DNA from: an uncultured delta proteobacterium
GTDB taxonomy: Bacteria > Desulfobacterota > Binatia > DP-6
NCBI GenBank assembly: GCA_963815115.1
Contig: CAWFFN010000008.1
Span: 480,001-544,000, forward strand
Length of the DNA: 64,000 bases
Reading direction: 5' to 3'
The translations under genes were made by a program, and so were the position numbers. This document shows, piece after piece, positions 29,978 to 39,003 of the stretch (positions are counted from its first letter, which is position 1; the number at the start of each line of letters is the position of its first letter). The notes under the pieces were generated by a model that searched no databases, was not told the DNA's origin, and saw only the letters and a program-made list of their open reading frames with translations.

Positions 29978-30757
29978 TCAGACCGCGATCGCGGCGGGCC
30001 GCTTGAACGCCGTCCAGCCGCGGTCGCAGGACAGCACGGCGCCGGTCAGACTCGAGGCCTCGTCGGAGGCCAGGAACACCACCAGAGCGGCGATCTCCTC
30101 CGGGGACTGCAACCCGGTGGCGTGATCGCGGGCGAAGGCGTCGCGGAACACGTCGCTGCCGAAGATGAGCGCGTTCATCGGCGTGTCCACGTAGCCGGGG
30201 CAGATGGCGTTCACGCGGATGCCGAGCGCCCCGCAGCCCGGCGCGAGCGAGCGCGTGAGGCCGGCAACGCCCGCCTTGGAGGCCGCGTAGGCGTCCATCA
30301 TGCCCAGCGGCAGCACGGCCATGGAAGAGGCGGTGTTGATGATCGCCGCACCGGGCCGCCCGGCCAGTACCGGGATGGCATACTTGCAGCACAGGAAGAC
30401 GCTGGTGAGATTCACGCGAAGCACCCACTCCCAGTCGTCCTCGGCGATCTGCGGCGTGAACCCATCGCGGCCCACGGGCGCGATGCCGGCGTTGTTGTAG
30501 AGAACGTCGAGGCCGCCGAGCCGGGCCACCGTCTCCTCGATCAGGCGCTTCGCCTGTCCGCGGTCGCCGGCGTCGGCGGGGATGCCGACGCCTTCACCCC
30601 CCGTTGCACGGATGGCTGCCACGGTGGCCTCCGTGGAGGCCGGGTCGAGGTCGCTCACCACCACGCGGGCGCCCTCGTGGGCCAGGGCCAGGGCTCCGGC
30701 GCGGCCGAGGCCGGAGCCAGCGCCCGTGACGAGAACGATGCGGTTCTGGAGGCGCAT
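29978..30757 (-). CDS. Short-chain dehydrogenase/reductase
   Basis: TGAGSGLG, NNAG, YAASK, IRVNAICPG. Confidence 0.93.
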   Translation of the reverse strand: MRLQNRIVLVTGAGSGLGRAGALALAHEGARVVVSDLDPASTEATVAAIRATGGEGVGIPADAGDRGQAKRLIEETVARLGGLDVLYNNAGIAPVGRDGFTPQIAEDDWEWVLRVNLTSVFLCCKYAIPVLAGRPGAAIINTASSMAVLPLGMMDAYAASKAGVAGLTRSLAPGCGALGIRVNAICPGYVDTPMNALIFGSDVFRDAFARDHATGLQSPEEIAALVVFLASDEASSLTGAVLSCDRGWTAFKRPAAIAV

Positions 30758-30799
30758 GCGGCGGCTATAGCACAGGTATCGACCTGGAGGCGGCCTCCG

Positions 30800-31092
30800 C
30801 CGCCGGAGCGCGTGATGAGGTGCTCGAGCAGGGGAGTCAGATCGCTCTGATCGAGGGCGGACTCCAGTTGCCGCACCGTGCCTCGGAGCTGCGCCAGGTC
30901 GAGATCGTCCCGATGCGCCGTGAGGATCGCCAGGCGTCGAACGCCGCGAGCAGCTCAGCGACCGGGGAAGCCACGCGCGGCCCGCTCGAGCTTCCCGTTC
31001 AGCTCGAGGTGGTGGGCGAGGTCGTCGGCTCGCTCGCGAGGACTCGGCCAGTCGGGCCGCGCGCGGGTCACCCGCCAGCGCGCATCCAGAAA
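30800..31092 (-). pseudogene. Degraded small-ORF + nucleotidyltransferase-like gene pair remnant
   Basis: Minus strand reads ...ARPDWPSPRERADDLAHHLELNGKLERAARGFPGR*, overlapped by VASPVAELLAAFDA, which joins out of frame to AILTAHRDDLDLAQLRGTVRQLESALDQSDLTPLLEHL. Family call is from recall only. Confidence 0.4.
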
Positions 31093-31098
31093 CGACGA

Positions 31099-31139
31099 AG
31101 CGCCGGAGAGCGGGCCCGTTGGACCCGCCCTCCGGCGCT
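31099..31139 (-). terminator. GC-rich hairpin downstream of the Cys-rich gene (likely terminator)
   Basis: AGCGCCGGAG...CTCCGGCGCT inverted repeat followed on the minus strand by TCGTCGTTTCT. Confidence 0.5.
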
Positions 31140-31180
31140 CGGTGACTATCCGGGGGAGCTCTCCGCTCCGCGAGGGGAAG

Positions 31181-31681
31181 CTAGTTTCCGCAGGCCGATC
31201 CGGGCGCGCAGCTGGCGCACTGCTGGACGCAGTCGCTGTAGTTGAAGTTGCACTGGTCGAGCGCCGGCTGCACGTTCGCGGAGCACGTCGTCTGGCAGGT
31301 CAGACGGTCGATACGCTTCTGCGTCGCGCAGCCGAGCGGATCGGGATTGTCGTTGCAGGCAGTGACGGCCGCCTTGAAGGCGTCGTTGCAGGCCGCGTTG
31401 CAGTTGGAGCGGTCGCTCTGGGGATTGGTCACGCAACCGGTCAGAGCGCTCTGACAGGCGTTGGCGCATGCCTGACCCGGGCCGAAGCAGGCGGCGCGGT
31501 CGGCGGCGTACTGATCCAGCCGGTCGGTTCGCAGCTTCTTGAGATCCGTGGTGAGCGACTTGCGGGCGTTGTTCAGGCACTGCTTCGTCACGGACGTGAA
31601 GGCGTTCGCCTTCGGTACCTGAAGTGCGAAGCTCGAGAGCGCAACGAAGGCGGCGGCGGCTACGGCGAAGCGTCGGGTCAT
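31181..31681 (-). CDS. Secreted Cys-rich protein A (16 Cys, symmetric Cys ladder)
   Basis: Signal peptide ending ANA, SD GGGAGG, CFGPG motif; paralog at 32923-33390. Confidence 0.8.
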   Translation of the reverse strand: MTRRFAVAAAAFVALSSFALQVPKANAFTSVTKQCLNNARKSLTTDLKKLRTDRLDQYAADRAACFGPGQACANACQSALTGCVTNPQSDRSNCNAACNDAFKAAVTACNDNPDPLGCATQKRIDRLTCQTTCSANVQPALDQCNFNYSDCVQQCASCAPGSACGN

Positions 31682-31768
31682 TCTGTTCGTCCTCCCTGGT
31701 CCGAGTACAGTCCCTGGACGGGGACTGTGGTCCCCCCCTGGATGGCCGGTCTATCGGCCAGCGAATAA

Positions 31769-31785
31769 AGCACGACTGGTGCCAG
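31769..31785 (-). promoter_or_regulatory. Candidate sigma54 -24/-12 promoter
   Basis: Minus strand TGGCAC-cagtc-GTGCT (GG-N10-GC), about 90 nt upstream of ATG 31681. Confidence 0.55.
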
Positions 31786-31917
31786 AAACACCAGCAAAAT
31801 CCTGGGCGATTTGGCTACCCCCGGGAGACCATCCACTGCATCTCCGCAGAATCGTGCAGCTTCGCATCGGCCCCTCGGTCCGAAGGGAGGGGCTTAATAC
31901 CTTCGGACGACCCGCTC

Positions 31918-32910
31918 TCAGAGCCAGCCGGCTCGTTTGAACTGGCGGTGGAGCATCCACATCAACCCGCCCATCACGCCCAGGGCGATCGGATAGGCGA
32001 AAGGGAAGTGGAGCTCCGGCATGGTGTCGAAGTTCATGCCCCAGATGCCGACCAGGAGGGTCGGCACGGCGAGGATGCCGGCCCACGAGGCCAGCTGCTT
32101 CATGATGTCGTTCTGGCGGATGGAGATGAGCGACAGGTTGGCCTCGAGGGCGCTGGAGAGCAGCTCGCGCTGCGCGTCCACCGTCTCGTTGATGCGCACG
32201 ACGTGGTCGTAGACGTCGCGCAGGTACGGCCGCACCTCGTCCGGGATGAGCTGGTGCCCGTCCCACCGGGTCAGGCGGTTGCAGATCTCGACCAGCGGCG
32301 AGACGGCGCGCTTCACCATGATCAGCCGCCGCTTGATGTCGTAGATGCGCCGGGTCGTGTCGCGGTGCACCCGGTCCCCGAAGATGTGCTTCTCGAGGGT
32401 CTCGATGCGGTCCTCCATGGCGTCGACGACCGGGAAGTAGTTGTCCACCACGAAGTCGAGGATGGCGTACAGCACGAACCCGGGGCCGAGGCCGAGGTGC
32501 TGCGGCGTCGCCTGGCAGCGGGTGCGCACCGCCGCGTACGAGGCCGTGTCGCCGTGCCGGATCGACACCACGTAGCGCGGGCCCAGGAAGACGTGCGTCT
32601 CGCCGCGCTCGACTCTGCGCTTCTCGTGGTCCCAGCGCGCCGTCCGCAGCACCATGAAGAGGCCGTCGCCATACTCCTCGACCTTCGGACGCTGGTGCGC
32701 CTGATGGGCGTCCTCGATTGCCAGGTCGTGCAGGCCGAGCTGGGCCTGCACGGTGCGCAGCTCGTCCTCCGTGGGCTCGAAGAGGCCCATCCAGACGAAG
32801 GCGCCGTTCCGCTTCGACCACTCGCCCACCTGATCGAGCGCCACGTCGGCGATGCGGCACCCGCCCTCGTACGCCGCGCAGTCGACGACCATCGACCCTT
32901 CCAGCCCCAC
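31918..32910 (-). CDS. corA: Mg/Co transporter CorA
   Basis: LHDLAIEDA...HQRPKVEEY, YLRDVYDH, GIWGMNF..MPEL. Confidence 0.95.
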   Translation of the reverse strand: MGLEGSMVVDCAAYEGGCRIADVALDQVGEWSKRNGAFVWMGLFEPTEDELRTVQAQLGLHDLAIEDAHQAHQRPKVEEYGDGLFMVLRTARWDHEKRRVERGETHVFLGPRYVVSIRHGDTASYAAVRTRCQATPQHLGLGPGFVLYAILDFVVDNYFPVVDAMEDRIETLEKHIFGDRVHRDTTRRIYDIKRRLIMVKRAVSPLVEICNRLTRWDGHQLIPDEVRPYLRDVYDHVVRINETVDAQRELLSSALEANLSLISIRQNDIMKQLASWAGILAVPTLLVGIWGMNFDTMPELHFPFAYPIALGVMGGLMWMLHRQFKRAGWL

Positions 32911-32922
32911 CGCTTCGCCGCG

Positions 32923-33390
32923 TCAGCCGGCGCAGCCGTTCAGGCAGCCGTTCAATGCCTCGCCGCAGCGCTGCTTCGCCGGCTGCGCCGTCCCGCTGCA
33001 GCGCTGCTTGCAGGCGGTTGCCCTGGAGGCGGCGTCCTTCCGGCAGCTCTCCATGTCTGCCTGTCCCTTGCACTTGATCGCGGCCGTCCTCTCGTCCGAC
33101 GCGCACGAGACCCGGCAGTCCTTCTGGTTGGTCTGCGGATTCTCCAGGCAGCGGTCGTGGTCGGCGATGCAGCCGCGGACGCAGGTGTTGCCCGGACCGA
33201 AGCAGGTCTGCAGGCTGGTCTCGAAGTTCTTCGTGCAGCGAGCGACCGCGTCCTGCATGCAGGTGCTGCGATCGGTCCGGGCGGCTCGCAGGCACCTCGC
33301 GGCGTCCGCGCCGCCGGCCTCGCCGCGCAGCGCCAGCATCGCGGTGAGCGCGAGCGGCAGCGCGGCGAGGACGGCGCGGCGGAGCGGCAC
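32923..33390 (-). CDS. Secreted Cys-rich protein B (16 Cys, symmetric Cys ladder)
   Basis: Hydrophobic signal, CFGPG motif, same Cys spacing as protein A; GTG 2 nt after the upstream stop. Confidence 0.75.
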   Translation of the reverse strand: MPLRRAVLAALPLALTAMLALRGEAGGADAARCLRAARTDRSTCMQDAVARCTKNFETSLQTCFGPGNTCVRGCIADHDRCLENPQTNQKDCRVSCASDERTAAIKCKGQADMESCRKDAASRATACKQRCSGTAQPAKQRCGEALNGCLNGCAG

Positions 33391-33392
33391 GA

Positions 33393-34124
33393 TCAGGACT
33401 TGCTCATCGTCCAGTCGACCTTGGTGTCTTCCTTGGGCTTGATGCTGACCTTCTCGGTCTTCTTGCCGAGCTGGCTCTGCCACACCTCGACCTCGTAGTC
33501 GCCGGCGGGCAGGTCGCCGATCTTGAAGGTGCCGTTCGCGTCCGTCACGGCGTAGTACGGGGTGTCCATCGACATCCAGTACGCGTGCATCCAGGGATGC
33601 GCGTCACACTTGACCGAGATCGGCCACTCGGGCTTCTCCACCTTCCACTCGATCTTCTTCTGGAACTTCGGCTGGGCGCGGTTGGCCTCGGGGTTCTCCT
33701 TCCCCATCACGTGCACGTTGTGGAGGATGCCGTCCGAGTTCAGGATCTCGATCGTGCTGCCGGCCGGGAAGGCGAGGACGTGCGGCGTGTACTCGCACCC
33801 CTTCTGGTCGAACGTGATGGGCTGGGCCGGGACCTCGAGTGCCTTCCCCTTGGCCGCCTTCACGACCACCATGACGTCCCGGATGCCGCCGCCGGAGCCC
33901 ACGACCAGGTCGTCCTTGGTCTTGTTCTGCCCGCACACCTCGTTGTCCTTCGTGACGTCGAACTTCTCCGGCTCCGGCGCCGTGCCCGAGTACTTGACGG
34001 TCCCGGACAGCGTGCCGCCGTCCGTGACGGCGGTGGCCTCGTAGGCCCACAGCTCGGGGGCGAGGGCCCCCGCGCCGATCAGCACGGCGAGCCCGAGACC
34101 GGTGACCAGAATGCTGCTCCTCAT
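33393..34124 (-). CDS. Periplasmic carboxypeptidase-regulatory-like / cupredoxin-like protein
   Basis: Signal peptide, DQKGCEY.PH, NSDGILHNVH, CDAHPWM (possible His/Cys/His/Met type-1 Cu site), G.F.I..LPAG.Y...W. Confidence 0.75.
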   Translation of the reverse strand: MRSSILVTGLGLAVLIGAGALAPELWAYEATAVTDGGTLSGTVKYSGTAPEPEKFDVTKDNEVCGQNKTKDDLVVGSGGGIRDVMVVVKAAKGKALEVPAQPITFDQKGCEYTPHVLAFPAGSTIEILNSDGILHNVHVMGKENPEANRAQPKFQKKIEWKVEKPEWPISVKCDAHPWMHAYWMSMDTPYYAVTDANGTFKIGDLPAGDYEVEVWQSQLGKKTEKVSIKPKEDTKVDWTMSKS

Positions 34125-34170
34125 CGCGGATCCTCCTTCGGTTGAGCGGGTGGTTGGACGTCGATCGATG

Positions 34171-36993
34171 CTACTGCGTGCCATGGGGGCCGGCCGCCAC
34201 GACGTCGGCCGCCCGCGCCGACGGGGCGGCAGCCGTCCCGTCGGCCGGCTTGGCGGCGGGCGGAGTGGCTGCCTCCGGCACGCCGAGCGAGATCACGAAG
34301 TCGCGCAGGGCCAGGATCTGCTCGTCGTCGTTCCCGCCCAGGATGTCGGGCGGCCCATCGGGATTGTCGGGATCGGCGTAGAATGTCGGCATCCTCGTGC
34401 CGGGCAGCAGCTTCTGCGGATCATGGATCCACTTGACGATCCAGTCGGGATAGAGCCGGCTCGCCGCCATGGCGAGGTTCGGCGCCCAGCTGTCGGGCGA
34501 TCCCTCGGGGTTCTGCGACCCGTGCACGTGGCACGAGAAGCACGAGAGGTAGTCCTTCGACGCGAGCTGCTTGCCGGCCTCGACGTACTCGGGCCGGAGC
34601 ATCGCCTTGTCGATGTGGACGAAGGGCACCGAGACGTGATCCATCGCCGCGAAGTAGCGCACCAGCGTCGTCGCGCTCTCGCCGTCGAGCGGGAACGTGG
34701 GCATGCGCACCTCGAGCCAGGGGCGAATCGGGGTCGGGCCCTTCAGGAAGTTGAACAGCCACGTCTCCTGGACCTTCTGTCCCTCCCCGATGAGGTTCGG
34801 GGGCGCCAGGGTGAGCCGGTCCTCGTACAGGCGGCGGATGTCTCCGCCCCGACCGTCGATGATGTGGCACCCCGTGCAGTTGAAGCGGGCGACCCTGCGC
34901 TCCCCTTCGACGATGCGCTTCAGGTCCTCGCCGCTCTGCACGTACTGCTGCGGCACCTTGCGCTCCGTCCGGCTGGTGAGGAAGACGCGGAGCGCGATGA
35001 CGTCCTCGTCGGCCAGATCGAACTGCGGCATGACCTGCTCGATCCACTTCGTCGCGTAGCCGCGCGGCTCCTTGATCTTGTGGAACGTGAAGACGTCCCA
35101 GCTCTCGTCCAGGTCGGTCCGGTCGCCGAAGAAGAGCTCCTCCCTCGACTTCGAGCCGTAGGTCGACAGCTCCGCGCCGATGCGTGACTCGCTCTCCATG
35201 CCGGGGATGTCGTGGCAGCCCGGGCAGCCGTACTTGCGCACCAGCTTCTCGCCGTCCGCGATGTTCACCGGATCGGCGAGCCGCGTCTCCAGGCCGTCGG
35301 GAGCCGGCGCGCGCTGGCCGAGGGTCATCAAGTAGGCGGTGATGGCGCGGGCCTCGTCGTCGGACAGGCGCAGGCTCGGCATGCGCGCCACCTCGGAGAA
35401 GCCGTGCGGGTTCTTGATCCAGTGGTAGATCCAGCGACCGTCGGTCTTGGCGGCGATCTCCGACAGGTTCGGCGCGATGTCCTTGTTGGCGCCGAGCTGC
35501 CCCGCGATCTCGTCGGGCGCGAGCGCATGGCAGGCACGGCAGCCAAGGTTGTCCATCAGCTGGCGTCCGTGGGTGACGAGGTCGGCGCTGCTGACGATGC
35601 CCGGGTCGGGATTGCTCTCGAGCCACTGCGCGCTCGGGCCCTTCGTCGTGGAGAGCAGGTAGGCGGTGACCTTCTCCGCTTGCTCCGGGGAGAACATGAA
35701 GTTCGGCATGCGCGTCCGCGGTCGGACCTCGTGCGGGTTGGTGATCCAGCGAACCATCCAGCCATGGTCGTCCTTGGCGCCGATGCGGCGCAGCGACGGC
35801 CCGATGGCGGTCACGCCGTTCTCCTTGAAGAGGTCCTCGTAGCCGTCGGAGAGATGGCATCCGTGACAGCCGAGGTCGACGAAGAGCTTCTCGCCCCGCG
35901 CCAGGACCGGCGCACCCTCGAGGGTCTGGACGCTCGGGTGACACTTGATGCAGTTCGCCTGCATCTTCGGTCCGCGGAAGAGCGCCCACTCCTCGCGCAG
36001 GTGTACCTCGTGGAGCTTGCCGTCGGCGTCGTAGTAGTCGCAGTGAGCGGCCTTCTCGCTGTTCACCGCCGTGCCGTCTCCGTTGTGACACGCCGTGCAG
36101 CCGAACTTGTCCGGATCGTGCTTGCCGAGGAAGAGCTCCCGCTTGGGGTGGGTCTTCCAGGGATTGGGCTGGTCCTCGAAGCCCGGCTTGTTGATGCCGC
36201 TGTGGCAGCTCGGACACCGGTCGACGCGCGCGACGGGCTGGTTGTAGGCGTTGCGATCGAACCCCTCCAGCACCACCTGCTGGATCTTGGGAATCTTGGG
36301 CTGCCACTGGGTCTTCACGAACGGCGGCGACAGGCTGGGACCCGGGAAGCGCCCCAGCGAGATGTTCTCGAGCTTCTGCTCCAGCTCGTCGCGCTTGGTG
36401 CGGAGCTTGGCCAGCGTGTCGTCGGCGGTCTTGATCGCGCTCTCCTTGGCCTTGAGCTGGTTGCGCAGGTCCTCGATGTGTCCCTGCGAGTCGGCGTAGA
36501 TCTTCTGGCGGTCGACCTGCAGCGCGCTCTTCTGCTGGATCCGTTCCAGGATCGCGTCGGTCGGCCGCCCGTGGTGCTTGGCGTCGTCGAAGAGAAAGCG
36601 CAGCTCCTCGAGCTCGCTCTTGATGAAGCGCAGGTTCAGGTCCTTGCTCTGGTCGGCGCGGACGGCGTCGTCGAGCTCGCGCTGGAGCGCGGCGATCTGC
36701 TTGGCCGTCTCGCCGGTCGACACCTCGCTGCGCGCGGCGGCGAGCTGCTTCTCCGCCTCCTGGTAGGCCGGGTCGGCGGCCAGGCGCTGGTCCTCGGCCC
36801 CGACGGCGTCCTCGACCCGGCTGATCTCGAGCCGGCTGAAACCCGCTTGCCACTTCTTCCACGGCCGCCGGAAGATGTTGTCGTCCGCGACCGCCCACAG
36901 GGCGCCCACGAAGAGGAGCAGCGAGAGCACGAGCCAGAGCGCGCCGTAGGAGCGCTTCTCGTCATCCTGGGGGGTGGTGTCGCGGCGCGGCAT
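34171..36993 (-). CDS. Membrane-anchored octaheme cytochrome c with long coiled coil
   Basis: N-terminal TM, ~150-aa coiled coil, eight CxxCH motifs (CPSCH, CTACH, CIKCH, CHGCH, CRACH, CPGCH, CTGCH, CFSCH); repeated W...P.......MP class-I modules. Confidence 0.9.
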   Translation of the reverse strand: MPRRDTTPQDDEKRSYGALWLVLSLLLFVGALWAVADDNIFRRPWKKWQAGFSRLEISRVEDAVGAEDQRLAADPAYQEAEKQLAAARSEVSTGETAKQIAALQRELDDAVRADQSKDLNLRFIKSELEELRFLFDDAKHHGRPTDAILERIQQKSALQVDRQKIYADSQGHIEDLRNQLKAKESAIKTADDTLAKLRTKRDELEQKLENISLGRFPGPSLSPPFVKTQWQPKIPKIQQVVLEGFDRNAYNQPVARVDRCPSCHSGINKPGFEDQPNPWKTHPKRELFLGKHDPDKFGCTACHNGDGTAVNSEKAAHCDYYDADGKLHEVHLREEWALFRGPKMQANCIKCHPSVQTLEGAPVLARGEKLFVDLGCHGCHLSDGYEDLFKENGVTAIGPSLRRIGAKDDHGWMVRWITNPHEVRPRTRMPNFMFSPEQAEKVTAYLLSTTKGPSAQWLESNPDPGIVSSADLVTHGRQLMDNLGCRACHALAPDEIAGQLGANKDIAPNLSEIAAKTDGRWIYHWIKNPHGFSEVARMPSLRLSDDEARAITAYLMTLGQRAPAPDGLETRLADPVNIADGEKLVRKYGCPGCHDIPGMESESRIGAELSTYGSKSREELFFGDRTDLDESWDVFTFHKIKEPRGYATKWIEQVMPQFDLADEDVIALRVFLTSRTERKVPQQYVQSGEDLKRIVEGERRVARFNCTGCHIIDGRGGDIRRLYEDRLTLAPPNLIGEGQKVQETWLFNFLKGPTPIRPWLEVRMPTFPLDGESATTLVRYFAAMDHVSVPFVHIDKAMLRPEYVEAGKQLASKDYLSCFSCHVHGSQNPEGSPDSWAPNLAMAASRLYPDWIVKWIHDPQKLLPGTRMPTFYADPDNPDGPPDILGGNDDEQILALRDFVISLGVPEAATPPAAKPADGTAAAPSARAADVVAAGPHGTQ

Positions 36994-37003
36994 GTCGATC
37001 AGC

Positions 37004-37165
37004 TCAGACCTTCCGTTCGAGCAGGCGGCCGGCGGCGAACACCGCCATCCCGGCGAGCGTCATGTAGAGCTCGTTCCACATGTCGTCCCGCGCGATCCCG
37101 CTGTAGAGGGCATAGCCCACGTACGTGAAGCCGGCAGCCTGGAGTATCTTCGAGAAGAGCCACAT
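37004..37165 (-). CDS. 53-aa two-TM small protein in the cytochrome bc operon
   Basis: MWLFSKILQAAGFTYVGYALYSGIARDDMWNELYMTLAGMAVFAAGRLLERKV; fills the gap between subunit IV and the cytochrome c gene; absent from the supplied ORF track. Confidence 0.65.
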   Translation of the reverse strand: MWLFSKILQAAGFTYVGYALYSGIARDDMWNELYMTLAGMAVFAAGRLLERKV

Positions 37166-37205
37166 CTCGCATCGCCGTGGTCAGCCTCGCGCGCGAGCCC
37201 CCTCC

Positions 37206-38045
37206 TCAGATGTTGATGCTGAAGTACTGCGTCTTCAGCACCATGATGTACTTGATGTTGAAGAGGTGCCGGAAGGTCATCTTCGTGATCACGGCGACCA
37301 TGTTGGCGAGCAGGAACCAGGTGAGCGTGAAGCGGGCCCAGCCCCACCGGGCCATGAAGTCGTCGAACTCCGCTCCCTTCACACGCCGGCACAACCAGTA
37401 GAAACCGACGAAGGTCAGCACGAAGAAGAGGATCACGAGCCCGAGGCCGACCAGGAAGGCGGTCGTCTCGCTGCGCACGCCGAGCAGGAACGGCAGGTCG
37501 ACGTTGGTGAGCGACTCGACCTTGTGCGGGTCCCACTTCTCCCAGAACCAGAACCAGTTCCAGCCCGGGCCGCGCAGGAAGGTCCCGATCACGATCAGCG
37601 ACACCCAGAGGATGTGGAATCCCAGGATGAACGTCAGCAGCTCCCACTTGCGGTCCTGCCAGCAGTAGTAGCCGTTGCCCTTCGGGTTGATGTCGATGAA
37701 CGGGATCACCATGAGCCCGATGATGATGAACGTCGGGAGCACGACGCCTGCGTGCCACGGGTCGAAGAAGACGAGCATCTCCTGCAAGCCGAGGAAGTAC
37801 CACGGCGCCTTCGACGGGTTCGGCGTGCGCGTCGGGTTGGCCGGCTCCTCGAGCGGGGCGTCGACCAGGAGCGCCCAGACGAGCAGCAGGAGCACGATGA
37901 CGAGCGAGCACAGGAACTCGCTGCGCACGAGGAACGGCCAGGTGTGCACCTTGTCGTCGCCGGGCCCCGTCGCCTTCTTGATCGGGACCTCGATCCGCTT
38001 ACCCGCCAGCGCGCTGAGCGGGGCCTTCGCCTCGGGCGTCGCCAT
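37206..38045 (-). CDS. petD: Cytochrome b6-type complex subunit IV (cytochrome b C-terminal part)
   Basis: WP, PLEEPANP..TPNPSKAPWYFLGLQE (PEWY-equivalent), PFIDINP, RGPGWN. Confidence 0.85.
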   Translation of the reverse strand: MATPEAKAPLSALAGKRIEVPIKKATGPGDDKVHTWPFLVRSEFLCSLVIVLLLLVWALLVDAPLEEPANPTRTPNPSKAPWYFLGLQEMLVFFDPWHAGVVLPTFIIIGLMVIPFIDINPKGNGYYCWQDRKWELLTFILGFHILWVSLIVIGTFLRGPGWNWFWFWEKWDPHKVESLTNVDLPFLLGVRSETTAFLVGLGLVILFFVLTFVGFYWLCRRVKGAEFDDFMARWGWARFTLTWFLLANMVAVITKMTFRHLFNIKYIMVLKTQYFSINI

Positions 38046-38047
38046 CG

Positions 38048-38215
38048 TCAGCTCTCCTCCTCCTCGCGCTCGGCCGAGCGTCGCGCGGACCAGAAGATCA
38101 GGACCAGCACGAGCACGAAGAAGAACGGCAAGGTCATCACGCGGCCCCCGGGCACGAGAAACGACAGCACCATCAGGACCAGCGCGGCGATCGTGTACTT
38201 CAGCTCGGAAGGCAT
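38048..38215 (-). CDS. 55-aa two-TM small protein in the cytochrome bc operon
   Basis: MPSELKYTIAALVLMVLSFLVPGGRVMTLPFFFVLVLVLIFWSARRSAEREEEES; sits between cytochrome b6 and subunit IV with tight spacing. Confidence 0.7.
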   Translation of the reverse strand: MPSELKYTIAALVLMVLSFLVPGGRVMTLPFFFVLVLVLIFWSARRSAEREEEES

Positions 38216-38225
38216 CGGCCCGGTC

Positions 38226-38999
38226 CTAGAGCGCGGGGCCGGAGAAGCCGTCGCGCCGGATGCGCCAGAAGTGGACGGCCAGAAAGAGACTGGTGACGAG
38301 GGGGATGAAGATGCAGTGCAGGATGTAGAAGCGCAGCAGCGTGTGCGGCCCGATCTCGCCGCCGCCGAAGAGGAAGGCGCGGGCGTCGTAGACGTTGTTC
38401 AGGCCCGGGATGAGCTCGTGTCCGGGCCCCTCGTGGCCGAGGATGGGCGTCGCCCGGCCCATGTTGGAGCCCACGGTCACGGCCCAGATCGAGAGCTGGT
38501 CCCAGGGGAGGAGGTAGCCGGTGAAGGAGAGGAGCAGCGTGAGCACCAGGAGGAGCACGCCGACCACCCAGTTGAACTCGCGCGGAGGCTTGTACGATCC
38601 CGTCAAGAAGACGCGGAACATGTGCAGCCAGACCGCGATCACCATGCCGTGCGCCGCCCAGCGGTGCATGTTCCGCATGAGCATGCCGAAGGGCATGTCG
38701 TACTCGAGGTACTTCATGTCGGCATACGCGTACTCGGCCGTCGGCCGGTAGTAGAACATGAGATAGACGCCGGTGACGACCGTGACCAGGAACATGAGGA
38801 ACGTGATGCCTCCCATGCACCAGGTGAAGCGGAGCCGCGTGGCGTGCCGCCGGACCTTGGAGGGATGGAGATGGAGGAACACGTTGCCCGACACCATGAG
38901 CACGCGGTTGCGCGGAGTGTCGTCGTAGCCGTGGCGGAAGATCGATTTCCAGACCGGCGACTCGGTGATCTGCAGCTTCAGCTCTTCCCACTTGGACAT
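38226..38999 (-). CDS. petB: Cytochrome b6-like protein (cytochrome b N-terminal part)
   Basis: WCMGGI (heme ci Cys), HRWAAH, GSYKPPREFNW, TGYLLPWDQ, FYILH...H. Confidence 0.93.
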   Translation of the reverse strand: MSKWEELKLQITESPVWKSIFRHGYDDTPRNRVLMVSGNVFLHLHPSKVRRHATRLRFTWCMGGITFLMFLVTVVTGVYLMFYYRPTAEYAYADMKYLEYDMPFGMLMRNMHRWAAHGMVIAVWLHMFRVFLTGSYKPPREFNWVVGVLLLVLTLLLSFTGYLLPWDQLSIWAVTVGSNMGRATPILGHEGPGHELIPGLNNVYDARAFLFGGGEIGPHTLLRFYILHCIFIPLVTSLFLAVHFWRIRRDGFSGPAL

Positions 39000-39003
39000 C
39001 GCA

